This document shows, in pieces, positions 34,853-47,400 of a stretch of DNA of 64,000 nucleotides. The first letter of the stretch is position 1; each line of letters opens with the position of its first letter. The translations under genes were made by a program, and so were the position numbers. The stretch covers positions 1 to 64,000 of the forward strand of contig KZ538312.1 in the NCBI GenBank assembly GCA_000934665.2. The letters run 5' to 3'. This stretch comes from Catajapyx aquilonaris. Its lineage: Eukaryota. A model generated the notes under the pieces. That model was not told the origin of the DNA and ran no database searches. It worked only from the letters and a program-made list of their open reading frames with translations.

Positions 34853-35662
34853 GTCAAGCAGTCTTGGAAAAAATAAATCCTGAAATTACATGTTTCTGTA
34901 AGTTGGTCATCTTTGAGGTCATTTTTCTCAAAAAGGAACTGGACCGATTTTAAAGTTACACGTCTTGAAAGAAGCGTCTCTCCATGCATGACCCTGAGAT
35001 ATAAGAATGGTTCGTGCCCCCTAAGCGGTCCACCCGCAGCAAATTTTTAAATACAGCTCAACGTAACACGGATTATACTGGGATTTCGTATGCTCCTCAT
35101 TGTTAAACATATGCTAAGAGTGTGAAATTCATGTGGTACGTACGTGCACTACGTGGTCATCTGGTCACTACTACTGTAGAAGAACAACATCTCAAGTCAA
35201 ACAGTCTTGGAAATAATAATAAATCCCACTTTCACATGATTGGGTCATCTTTGAGGTCATTTTTCTCAATAGAGGACTGCACCGATTTTAAAGGTACATA
35301 TTACCATGGAGTACTATTACTATGTCATCATTACTTTAGGATTACTACTACTACTACTACTACTACACGGTAAAAATATTACAGTACTGCTATTATTATT
35401 ATTATCATCATCATCATCTAATACATATTTCCAAACGTATGTGTGCATGTTCCCGATGCAATAATCAATATGGAAGCCTTGCCTCAGGAGGATCATTAGG
35501 GATAGTTTTTAACGGGGAAGGTTTTTAGCACATTGGACTTGACCTCTGAGGTCATCCTTGGCCGCAGGAGGCGAAGTGGCAGAAAAGTAGGAACCCAGGA
35601 TGTAGCATGGATACATCGAGTCATTCAAAGAATTTCATAACCTGAGCGACACCTGGTATCCT

Positions 35663-35663
35663 G

Positions 35664-35696
<33 letters not shown>

Positions 35697-35890
35697 GTTA
35701 TTATTATTATTTATTATTATTATTATTTATTATTATTATTATTTATTATTATTATTATTATTTATTATTATTATTATTTATTATTATTATTTATTATTAT
35801 TATTTATTATTATTATTATTATTATGATTATTATTATTATTATGATTATTATTATTATGATTATTATTATTATGATTATTATTATTATCA
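35663..35890. repeat. (ATT)n microsatellite
   Basis: Direct inspection. Confidence 0.95.
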
Positions 35891-38800
35891 TCTTTGGGTG
35901 GAAATTTTCATCCCACTGCTAGTTACTGCTAACATAGCAGTACCATTGCCAACACTGGTGCTGCTAAGTTGGCAGTGAGTAGCTGTGGGATAAAAATCGA
36001 ACCCGATCGGACCCATTATTATTATTATTATTACATACACTGCTATTGTTATCATTATTACAGAACTAGGGGCCTATTATTATTGTTGTTGTTATTATCA
36101 TTACACTAATATATTATTACAGTTCCGCTATTGTTGTTGTCTTCATTATAATCATAATTAAAATACACTAAAATATTAACACAATGTTGCTATTGCTATT
36201 ATTACAATCATCATCATCATCATTGCAGTACTATTATTACAATCATCATCATTGTAACTGTTGGGACATTGTTGCAGGGGAGGATCAAAAATAAGCGGCT
36301 CCATTTTTATAAGAAAAATCATTTAATGAAAATGGCATAATAACAACGTGGTATACATCAATAAAGGGGTGGGTGGGGAGGGAGGTAGGGGAGATGGGAG
36401 GGGGGATAATCATACGCGATGATCTGAACAATGACACATTAACAATACTGTACACGAGGGGAAGGATTGGGGTACGAGAAAAATAACTGGGGGGGGGAGG
36501 GAAAGCACAACAATGACAAGTTCGGGAAGGGGGGGTAGCAATATACATTACATATGTGGAAACTGGAAAAATGGGCACATACACCTAATAATATATATCT
36601 ATATATATATTTTTTTGTATTTACTATGGAAAAAAAAGAAAGAAATTAGCCTGACCATTGTTGCCACTTTTCAGCCAACTATAAACGCCCTGGAACCAGC
36701 CCATTTAATAGTCCCTCCCCCGAAAAAATCCTTCTGTGTTTTAAAGTTTCAAAAAATATGGCAACAACAACGGCCAGTTTTCGACAAAAATCAAAACGTA
36801 TCCATTACCCATCCCAAACGAAGCACCATCGACAACAATGACTTATTAATTATTATAATTTTATTTTTTATTCATTTTTTTTTGTAAAAGGAGGACAAAG
36901 AGTTAGGTCATTGTTTGGAGGAGAGAAAAAAAAAACAACCCAATCTAACTCTTCTCCCTACCGTTAACAACCAGCCAATAAAAGCGCTCCATCAGGTAAA
37001 AATCGTGTGTTAACATCCAACCGTTGTGTGCACATGACGTAGACTCCAGATAACAAAATTAACAAAAAAAAAAAATTATCAACAGACGGACTAGTTAACG
37101 AGTTGCCCAATTTGTCATTACTCGCAGTACTGGTTAATTTAATTTAAAAATACGCATGAATTTTGCTTCGCGGGCCAACCGTATGTGGACATTGTTGCAA
37201 ATAAATCGCTATGAAACAACAACTTGACATATTTGCACTGTCCGTGTAAGGTTGACGTACTTGTTAAACATGTTAATTAGATATATATAAAACGCTCCAA
37301 TACAATAATGCGAATGGCGACAAATTAACACGTTCATTAACATGAACTGTCCGTTACAGGGGGGGGGGGAATAGACATAGTGTTGCCACCTCAAATACTT
37401 CCATATACACTTTTTTAAAAAATTAATTACACAACAGCAGGTAACGAATGTTATTTACATGCATATCTCTCAAGTACAGTTTATCCCGATTGACTCTCAC
37501 AACTCTTTACTTTTTTTTTTTAAAGGAAGCAGGGGGGGGGATTCCGGTAATTAAATTCAAATTTACATGATCATTAAAAGGCAATTTACACCTTTCTAAA
37601 TCACTGGTTAACCTACACTTTTTTTTTTTCCCCAAACATGAGGGGAAAGGGAGGGTGGGATTGTCTTAAAAAACCAGCATAGCCTTAACAGTTAAAATTA
37701 CAATTAATTAATAATTTGCAATACAAACACTACTTGGCAAAAAACAACTACCCCCCCCCCCAAAAAAAAAAAAATAATTACGACACCCGCTTTACAATTA
37801 TTTGGGGGGAGGGGGTATTTTGAAATTCGACGATGGCCCAACAAAGGTGGCCAAAATTTGCTGCACATCATTTAAAAGTCGAGAGACTAACCTCTTTTTT
37901 TAAAAAAATGCAATTGGCGCCTAATTAATCAACATGTTAGAAACCTGGCAATTAGTCGGATTTATTGTGAGCAGAAAAAAAATAATTAATGTGACCAAGA
38001 ATACGCTTTTAAAACCTTTGTACCGCAATCAAATCGATTTTCCGTCTTACGATTGTGACACTACCGAGTCGTACTTTTCACCGTTAAAAGCCTAGTAAAT
38101 ATGCGATGAGATCATTACAAAATATTGCAGTAAACTGTCAAAAAAAATTTCAAGGCTTGGAAACATCACTTTTAAAATAATATGCAAGCAAAAAATGTGC
38201 TACCCTGAAATTTCTCTTACGATATATACTTGTTAAAAAAAAACTAAAAAAAACCTTTCCTTCCCTATGACTTCATTACAAGTGTGCATGTGCATGGCAT
38301 TTTATTTAATAATTGTTTAAATATTTAATGTGTCAACTATGACACTACTCATCTCATGAATTTCATGTGGAAGCATAAAACAGGTTTGGATCTGGGGATG
38401 GGGGTAGGTTTCGAGTACTACATATACATAACAATGAACGTTTTCCGATCATTGAGAGACTTTTGTGAAGAAGTTTTAAAGGGAGAAGGTTTATATTTAA
38501 AAAAATTTAAACGGCATTAATTAATGGTCACTGTCAAATGCATTGTTTTTTGTCACTTTTTTTCTTCTTTTTAAACACGTTATTTTTACATCTGTGAAAA
38601 TTGTGCGTTGCTCCGAGACAATTGTTTTTTAAAATTACGTCTATGAAATCGGATTTATTGGGGGGGAGGGGAGGGAGAAAAATTGCAGCATTTATTTTAA
38701 AATATTGCACTTAAAAAAAAACAACAACACATGCATGCATTTTTTAACTACCTCACCTAATCTGTGTTTCGATTTCTTTATTTAAAAAAAATTGGCCTAT

Positions 38801-41450
38801 TTTTGCAGTTGCTGTTGAACAATTTTTGGGAACAATTTTATGTACGATTGTACGTCCTATCAACTAATATTGTGAAGCCTTCGAAACAAAATGTGGTCAA
38901 CGATTAAAATTGAAGTACTTGCTAGTTAAGTAACAAATTGTGAAATTAACCGAAACGGAAGTCGAGGCGCACACTTTTTCGTACAAGGAAAAAAATTGCA
39001 TTCGTTTCCAGGAATTTGTTGCAATTTGCGTGTAATATTCATATTGACAGAAATGCAAAAATTACATCAAATTGTTGCAATGGAAAAAAAAATTGGCTTC
39101 GAGTTCCGTTTCCGAGTGATAACAAATAAGAAGAGCACCATTCAACAGCACCGCCATTCGGTCGTTACTTAAAAAAAAAAAATTCCTCGGATTTTGTATC
39201 GACAATGGGAGTAAGGTCTCAAATATCTTTGGCACAATATCGCTCCCGCAAAAAAACATTTTCCGGATGTTCAGTTGCGACTCTTTTTTTTTCTTCCATA
39301 AATGTGACATTATCAGGAGTGGAATAGTGGGCATGAGGAATCGACAAAGGAAATTTTTAAAAACTTCCGATGGATACGACAATTATCACTACGAAAAAAA
39401 ATACTGTGAACAGGATAACAAAGCTACATTATGTACAGCATCTTTTTTTTTCTTCCACGTCTTCTTTGCAAATATATCTAAAAAATGGGGTAGATAAAGG
39501 TGTGAGAGGGGGGGCGGCAGGGGTTCGGGAGCTGGACTTTTCGCAATTAAAAAAAAAAAAAAAAAAAAAAGATGGGGAGTGGGCAAAGATCTTTTGTGAT
39601 GTCCTTTTTATATATATATATATATAGTTATATATTTCTTTAAAAAAATTTCCTCAATAACAATATTGAAACATTCACAAACAAATTTGTGATGGATAAA
39701 CACCCAAATAATGCAACAAAAAAAAATCTCATATATGTATATATAATTATATTATGTTCATTATTTATATATAATAATATTTATAGATATATCCGTTTTC
39801 TTTTAAAACCGTGCTGATTTTTTTTTTAGATCCCCCGCGTATATATTTTTTCTTTAAAAGACCTTTTTTTTAAATATTTGGTGGTTAGAAATTTGAACTT
39901 TGAATCGCTTTTTAACAAGTGGATGTGTGAGGGGCTTTTGGTAAGGGTTGAGACAGATACGAGGTGAGAGAGAAAGAGAGAGACGGAGACAGAGAGAGAG
40001 AGAGAAAAAAAAATATTGTGTCACATTTTTCTTAACATGTGGTTGCTGTTGGTTGTAAACTTTTTGTAAAAAGTATCAAACTAACTCACCAACCAACCAT
40101 GCCATGAACACTTTGCAGCAATAACAGATGGATTCCACTTTTTTTTTTTTTTTAAATTTGGTTGGAAATCCGGGTTTTTTATTTATTTAAATAAGTGGCG
40201 AGGGTGGGCTACCGTTTTTTGTATTTTTTTCGCAATATATTATGTGTGTGTTTTTTTTAAAATTTTATCTATGGGATGGGGGGGGTTTGTGTGACATGTC
40301 TCCAACGGCGCAGGAAAAAATTAAAAACGTGATCGATATTTAACAGGGGCGGGGAGATAAAAATAGAGAACAAGATGATGATGATTAGTGGGGGAGGGGG
40401 AAATAGAGAGATTTAAAAAATGTAAAATTTGCTGTGGATTGCATGTCTTTTTTTTTAATTATTTTTAAAACTCGGCTTTTCTTTATAGAAAATCAACAAC
40501 CTCTCGTTAACTTTTTTAAAATCGGCGTTTGATTTGAAATTGACTACGCATCCTGGATGAAAAGTACTGCCATCCTAGATTTCAATCGGTCATGGCGGAA
40601 ACATAAAACACGCTGCATTAGATTCTACCGAAATATTATTGCACTGCAGCATAAATATTGAACGGAACTGTATTCGCTTAAGTTCTAGGTTACAACAATG
40701 CCGCTGTATGAAACGAACCTGTTTTTTTTAAAAAAAAATTCACCTAATCGCAATTGCATGCTAAAAGTCAATAAATAACACCCTGCGGAATACACAAATT
40801 GCATTTTTTTAGCCACACTGATTCGGTAATAATAAAAACAGCAAATTAAAAAAAATCCTTTGATTTTCATTGTGTTTGTACTTAAAATATTTACGAGTTC
40901 AAATGCACTTGCGAATAAATAATGCAGGCTAGCAGTACTGTTCCAACCAGGTTCTATCGTGTAACTATTAACCTGTAGATAATCATAATCAGTATCCACT
41001 GACACCTCATGAGCTCACAAAAAATTATTATATATTTAAAAAAACCATTGGGGGTAGATATGAAACAAAAATAATTACTCCAGCACAAAGTGCGTAATGT
41101 CGATAAGTGTTGTACATTGAGTTCTACGCTCAATGACGATACGAAAAAAAATGAACGTCATTTACCACTTTCCTTCTCTTTCAAAATAAAAAAAGGATTT
41201 TTCACGTTTGATGTAACAAAAAAAAATGGGCGAAAAATTACCATTCAACCCAACAAAAACCACACATCCCAAAAGTGGGCGAGGGAGAAACAGTAACAAA
41301 GCCGCATATATGACAACGATGAAGTGTAAGGTTTGGGATGGGCAGGGAAAAGGGGCTGTGGAACTCTTGGGAGAGAGAGAGAGAGAGAGGAAAAAAAAAT
41401 ATTTAACACACACTAAAAACAAATAAAGTGTTGGCATGATGCAATAGTCA

Positions 41451-44400
41451 CTACAAACGGTCTAGCCTGAAGTTGTCCTCTGTGGATGGGTCAGTGACAA
41501 CCGTCATGTCTGGATCGGTGAGCATCTGGAGGCCGTCAAAGTCGATGGGATCGAGACCCTCCTTCAGACTCTCGTCCGAAGTGAAGAGGTCCGTGGCATC
41601 AAACGACCCGGAGAGCGACCCGGAGAGAGCCCCAGACAAAGCCATTGCATTGCTCACTTCTCTCACAAGCTCCGAGCCACTCGACGATGAAAAATCTGAA
41701 TTTAAGAGGGTTTAGTTGTAAAGAAGGCATGTGACATATCTTGCAGATTACTACATTACAATTTGACAGCGTTACAGGCAATCACAAGTACTTAACTATC
41801 GCACTACTTATCAACTTTACTAGTGATACGCACAAAAAACTACATTACACATCAATAAATTCGGTGGCTCCATTTTCATTCGATCACATGTGAGGGGTCC
41901 ATCATGTCGACCATTAACTAATGAAGTTATCCTTTTCTAAATGATCTAACAGCATGCGTTGTCCTGCTCGGCTGAACCCCATGCATGAAGACACTGATTC
42001 ACTCTCTCTCGCACACTTCCCTGAGTCAAGCTAAGCCTTTTGCTACAGCCACGGATGGCTGGGTCGCCGTAACGCTGACACAACCACGGCTCTACAGAAC
42101 CTGTGTGAGCTTACGTATTGTATGCTGAATGTACAAAGCATTGCTTTCAGTATGAGTAAATCTCCTACGGCATGCGACGATGCATCCCCATGCGATAACC
42201 ATTCATTCCCCCACCACACACACTCCCCCAATTAATCCTCCTTCCCCCTTACAAGCGTGAATGTCGTTCCAGAGTCCGGAGGAAGCCCCGGTTGTCTGGA
42301 GCACGGCTGCCCCGGTCTCACCCGTCAGGATTATGTCTGGTATGCTCGAAGGGGTCTGCGGGGTCTGAGGAGACGGCTGCTGTTGTTGCTGTTGCTGCTG
42401 CCCACTCTGAGTCGTGGCCGTGCTGCTTGTGGTGGTGTTGCCTCCAGTGCCACCCCCGTAGAGTATGGGTGAGGGGGAGAAGTAGCCCTGGTCGGCAGCA
42501 AGGTCCGTGCCTCCCACACTCGAGGGACTCCCACCACTGCTGCCTTGGCTCACAGCTGATGAGTCATGCGGAGATGACAGGAGGGGCTGGGTTCGTCAAA
42601 AAGGGGGGGAAAAAGGAGAAAGATAAAATCACGGTGGTGAGTACCAACGAAACCCCCCAAGTTCCACAATCCCTATACATTTCATCCAGAAGCACGTGGT
42701 GTTGACCTATAAATAGAAAGTTGCAATGCCGACCAGTCCGCTGGGCTGAAGGTTAATGCTGATTAGCTCACCTAGCTATATAGAAACTAATTCACAAAAC
42801 AAAAATTTTAACAAATTCACTTACCAAGCTCTTTTACATAACGTTCTGTCATCATGGGCGCAATGCATTTATATAACGTAATGATGGATTAGTTGCACCA
42901 AATAATTTATCATGTAATGCAAATCGTAGCCGTTGCCAGATAAACCTACGTGTGGCAAGTCCGTACAACAGGAATTTACTATGAACCATACAATTGCACT
43001 TTTTACACACCTAAAGTGCAGAATTAACTGACCTGAAATTAAATACGCTTAAAAGTGATCACAATGCCAAACACAATGTGTGATGATAAGTGAACAATGT
43101 GCTGAGAATAAAAATTTGGTAATATTTGAACATGAGGTGAAACATTTTTGGCAACACTTGACATGCCCTTATTACCTCCCACTTAAAAAATACGGTTGTG
43201 TGCAAAGAAATTAAATTCAGCAACTGAAACTGCTGTAAGTCATCGGGAAGTGTTGGGGGGTGAAGGATAGCATTGTTACGGAGGGGGGAAAAAAAAGTGC
43301 CGACATTCAGACTTAAAAAAAAGTTTGGGCGCCTAAAAATTTGCAGAAAGATAAATCCCCAGAGCCTCGTTATTATCACACTCTCTTTTTCTTTTGCGTA
43401 TACTTTTTTTTTTCTCTCATTTTTCTTTCCTGCACATTCACCAAAAAAACCAACTATGCTTCGTTTTGAGTAAAACGTATGTATAATAGGCAAGACTATA
43501 AGAGTGGTGGTTAGTAATTAAAAAAGAGAGAGGAAGTCATTAGTCTTATAGCTGGGGCTGCACTCACCTGTGAATACTGCACATTGTGGTTGTACCGTGA
43601 GCCAAGATAATTGTTGAGGCTGGATGACACTGGGGGATTATCCGTCTGAGGGTTGGAAACAAAAGCAGAAACTATAATCTATTTGCCTGGATTTTTTTGG
43701 GGGGTTTTTGTCTTTTTTTTTTGCTGTCTCTGATTAGAAGATTTAAAAAATTAATTTGAACAAAAACAAGGTAAGGATCATAACTGCAAGGATTCAGAAG
43801 GAAAAAAAAAAAGGCGAGAAGACCACACACAAAAAAAAATGAACAGGCAGGAAGAGTAACAAAATTGCAAAGCCAAATAAATCTTTCCCATCCTGTATAT
43901 TAATTCGATCGTAATTTCCTGTAACGATAGTGGCTACGGAAGAACCACTATTGCGACGTAAATGCTAGGATGATCCCTAGCCTAGATGTGGAAGCCCAGT
44001 GTTTTTTCGACATTTGTGTTGTACTCACCACTCTGAATTGCTCAAAGTGTTGCTGCAGAGCATTAGTCTGCGCCTGGGAGACATAGAACCCAGATTGGTC
44101 GGAGAAAGGGCTTTTCGGAGCTGGGCCGATCCCAGGGCTGCTCACAGGTGAGAGGGACTGCGACACAGGACTCTGAGGAGCAGAACAGCTCGTCTCTGCT
44201 GGACTCCCACTTCTGTAGCCCAGTGGACTCGTCTGGTCGATCCGCAGGTGGTGGCGACGGAAAGAACGTTCATTAGTCTCTTACATATTCCATCACAACA
44301 GTACACCAAAGCATTTAGAATACACCAAGAAGCACAACGGGATTCTAAAGCGAGAAAAGTAAAACAAAACCAACCTGCAAGCTGAGTCCCGGAGAGCCAA

Positions 44401-47400
44401 CCGGGGTGGGCCTGAGCTGAGGTAAGGTTGGGTTGCGATACGAGGAGGGACCCATCTAGATATGAGGCGGAGGGGGTCAACATGTACTACTGTACTACAA
44501 ATTTTCATGCTTCTCTTTTTTTTTTTACACTGAGACAAAACACCCAATCTACCTACAACGGGTGACATATTCAAGCATTTAGAAGCCAGAGTCCACACAG
44601 AGATTGTGCTCCACCATGCGAAGAGCTTCAATTACGGTTTCAGCCAGAGCCTAAATATGAGTGAATGAAATGGTAAAGCTGTTGTGTGTATGTGTGTGTA
44701 CAGGTCTTCAATAAGCTCTGTGGACGGAAATGGGAGTTTTTTTTTACTGTAACTGTGGGGACATCCTCTAATTCGTGGGGACATTTTGGTCCCCACAGTT
44801 TAACCGGTGGGGCGTCCTCCAATTCGTGGGGACATTTGTCCCCACAGTTTAACCTGTGGGGCATCCTCCAATTCGTGGGGACATTTTGGTCCCCCACTTT
44901 AAACTGTGGGGACATCCACCAAATTGGGGGGACAATTTGGTCCCCAGTTTAAACTGTGGGGCGTCCTCCAATTCGTGGGGACATTTTGGTCCCCAATTGA
45001 ACCTGTGGGGACATCCTCCAATTCGTGATGACATTTTGGTCCCCACAGTTTAACCTGTGGGGGCATCCTCCAATTCGTGGGGACAATTTGGTGCCCAGTT
45101 TAAACTGTGGGGACATTCTCCTATTCGTGGGGACATTTTGGTCCCCAGTTTAACCTGTGGGGACATCCTCCAATTCGTGGGGACAATTTGGTCCCCACAG
45201 TTACACCTGTGGGGACATCCTCCAATTTGTGGGGACATTTTGGTCCCCCCAGTTTAACCTGTGGGGACATCCTCCGATTAGTGGGAACATTTTGATCCCC
45301 ACAGTTTAAACTGGGGGGACCAAAATGTCCCCACAAATTGGATGTCCCCACAGGTGTAACTGTGGGGACCAAATTGTTTAACCTGTTTACCAGTTACCTG
45401 TTACCTGTTAACCAGTTTAACCTGTGGGGACATCCTCCGATTAGTGGGAACATTTTGGTCCCCACAGTTTAAACTGGGGGGACGTCCTCCAATTCGTGGG
45501 GACAATTTGGTCCCCACAGTTACACCTGCGTGGACATCCTCCAATTTGTGGGGACAATTTGGTCCCCACAGTCTAAACTGTGGGGAACCAATTGGGGATT
45601 CAATTGCTGCATTTTACGACTTGCTAAATGTACTTTCAACAATGATTAACGCTGTGTGGACACTGGCATATGAACAAACTACGGTACATTGAAGTGCTTG
45701 GTAGTGGCACAAAGCTACCTAACACACCATGGATTTACAAAATGTGAAGAAATGCGAACTCACAGAGTTGATTCCTTGCGAATTTGGCATCATGGAAGAG
45801 GAGGGGCTCCCTCCCCCTACTCCGCTCCCGTTTGTCCCTTGCTGCTGCTGGACGTAGCTGAGGAGAGGCCTCTGCTGCTGGACACCGAACCCCTCCAACT
45901 GGAGACCAGATGTGTCCACCGCCACACCCTGACGCAGCAAGTGTAAAAATTAATCAAGAGCATAAAACAGGTCGAAACAGCCTTCAGTTTCAAACTTGCC
46001 TTGGAACCCAGGTGGGCTACGTAAATCAATTGTTTCTGTCCATAGTTAATTGTTATACGTTCCAGTCATGTTAAGTACAGGTGACTTTAAAACTTGAAAG
46101 CAGTGACGTCTCATTGCATAAGACAGTGATGTATTCAGGACAATATAAATTACCAAAGCCGTCGTTGCTTCCAAGCAGATGCAAAAACTTCCCGAGTTCC
46201 AATCGGCACAAAAAAAATAAGCAACTTTTGTATGACAAAGGGTATGGTGACAATTAAAAAAACATGACAATGCAGAATGATGATTAAAAAGGTTCAAAGA
46301 AGCCCACAAGTCCACAATCCAAAATGCTGCAGCCGAGCACAAATACAAATGCAACATACCCATCCATAAAAAAACAATTAACTGAAACACAAGAATATCT
46401 TTTTAATTCTCTCTTTTTCCACACACACTTACCAGAGTTGGAGGGGGTTATTGTCGGAATTTGGTAAAGATTTCAAGGATTTTTTTAAAAAAATCAGGAG
46501 GGATAAAAAATCAGAATTTAGGGAACGAAAAATATTTTTTAAAAAAAGATCCACCTTCGTACTGAATATAACCTGAATATTTTTTTTTTTAAATAAAAAA
46601 ATGATAAACGACCCAATTTTGTTCTGTTGGATTCAGGGAAAGGAAAAAATTAACTAACCTTGCAGGTATGAAGGAACCTGGAGTTAACTACGGGAGGAGG
46701 CACTGAAAGGTGATTCTGTAAAACGAAAAAACATAGGGGGAAAGATGCAAAAAAAACAAACCACATGAAAGTGCACTAGAATTAACGGGAAAAAAACGAT
46801 AATAAACATAATACAAACTAAAAATTAAAACACGAACAATCGACAGCATTAAAAAAAACAACACCTAATCATAACACTTAATGCATTATGAGTAAAGCAA
46901 GCACATATTTAAAAAACATTCCTTGTATTTTATATTCATGCAAACCACTTTAAAAAAAAGTGCAAAAAACCATCACCAAACGGGTAAGTTGGTGACAATA
47001 TTAATTTCACAAGCACAAGTTTTTATGATATGGCAATACGTTCACTTTCCATTCGTGCGTTGAAGTCGTACATCATATTTTTTTAAATACTAATAATGCA
47101 ATTTGCAAGGTGCAGAATTTTTTCCCTCGCTTCTTCGTACGCAACTGACACTAAGGAAAGATGTCGCAGGATTACTTTCCATTATACAGCATTGAATAGG
47201 TGCATCAGTCTCACTATTCTGAACCGCTAAATTACTTTTGTCACATTTTTATACGCAGGAGACATGTACTAAAAAAAGGAGCAACGTGTTTCAAATGAAC
47301 TGGTGTGTTCAACCAATTGTGAAATTACGGAACAATTAAAATTCAAAACACACAGGGTTGTGCACTGCCCAAGAGAGCGGAAGATGGAGAAGGTACGCAT

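Noticed and set aside
35695..35922. Hydrophobic Ile/Leu/Tyr ORF
   Set aside because: Translation of the (ATT)n microsatellite.
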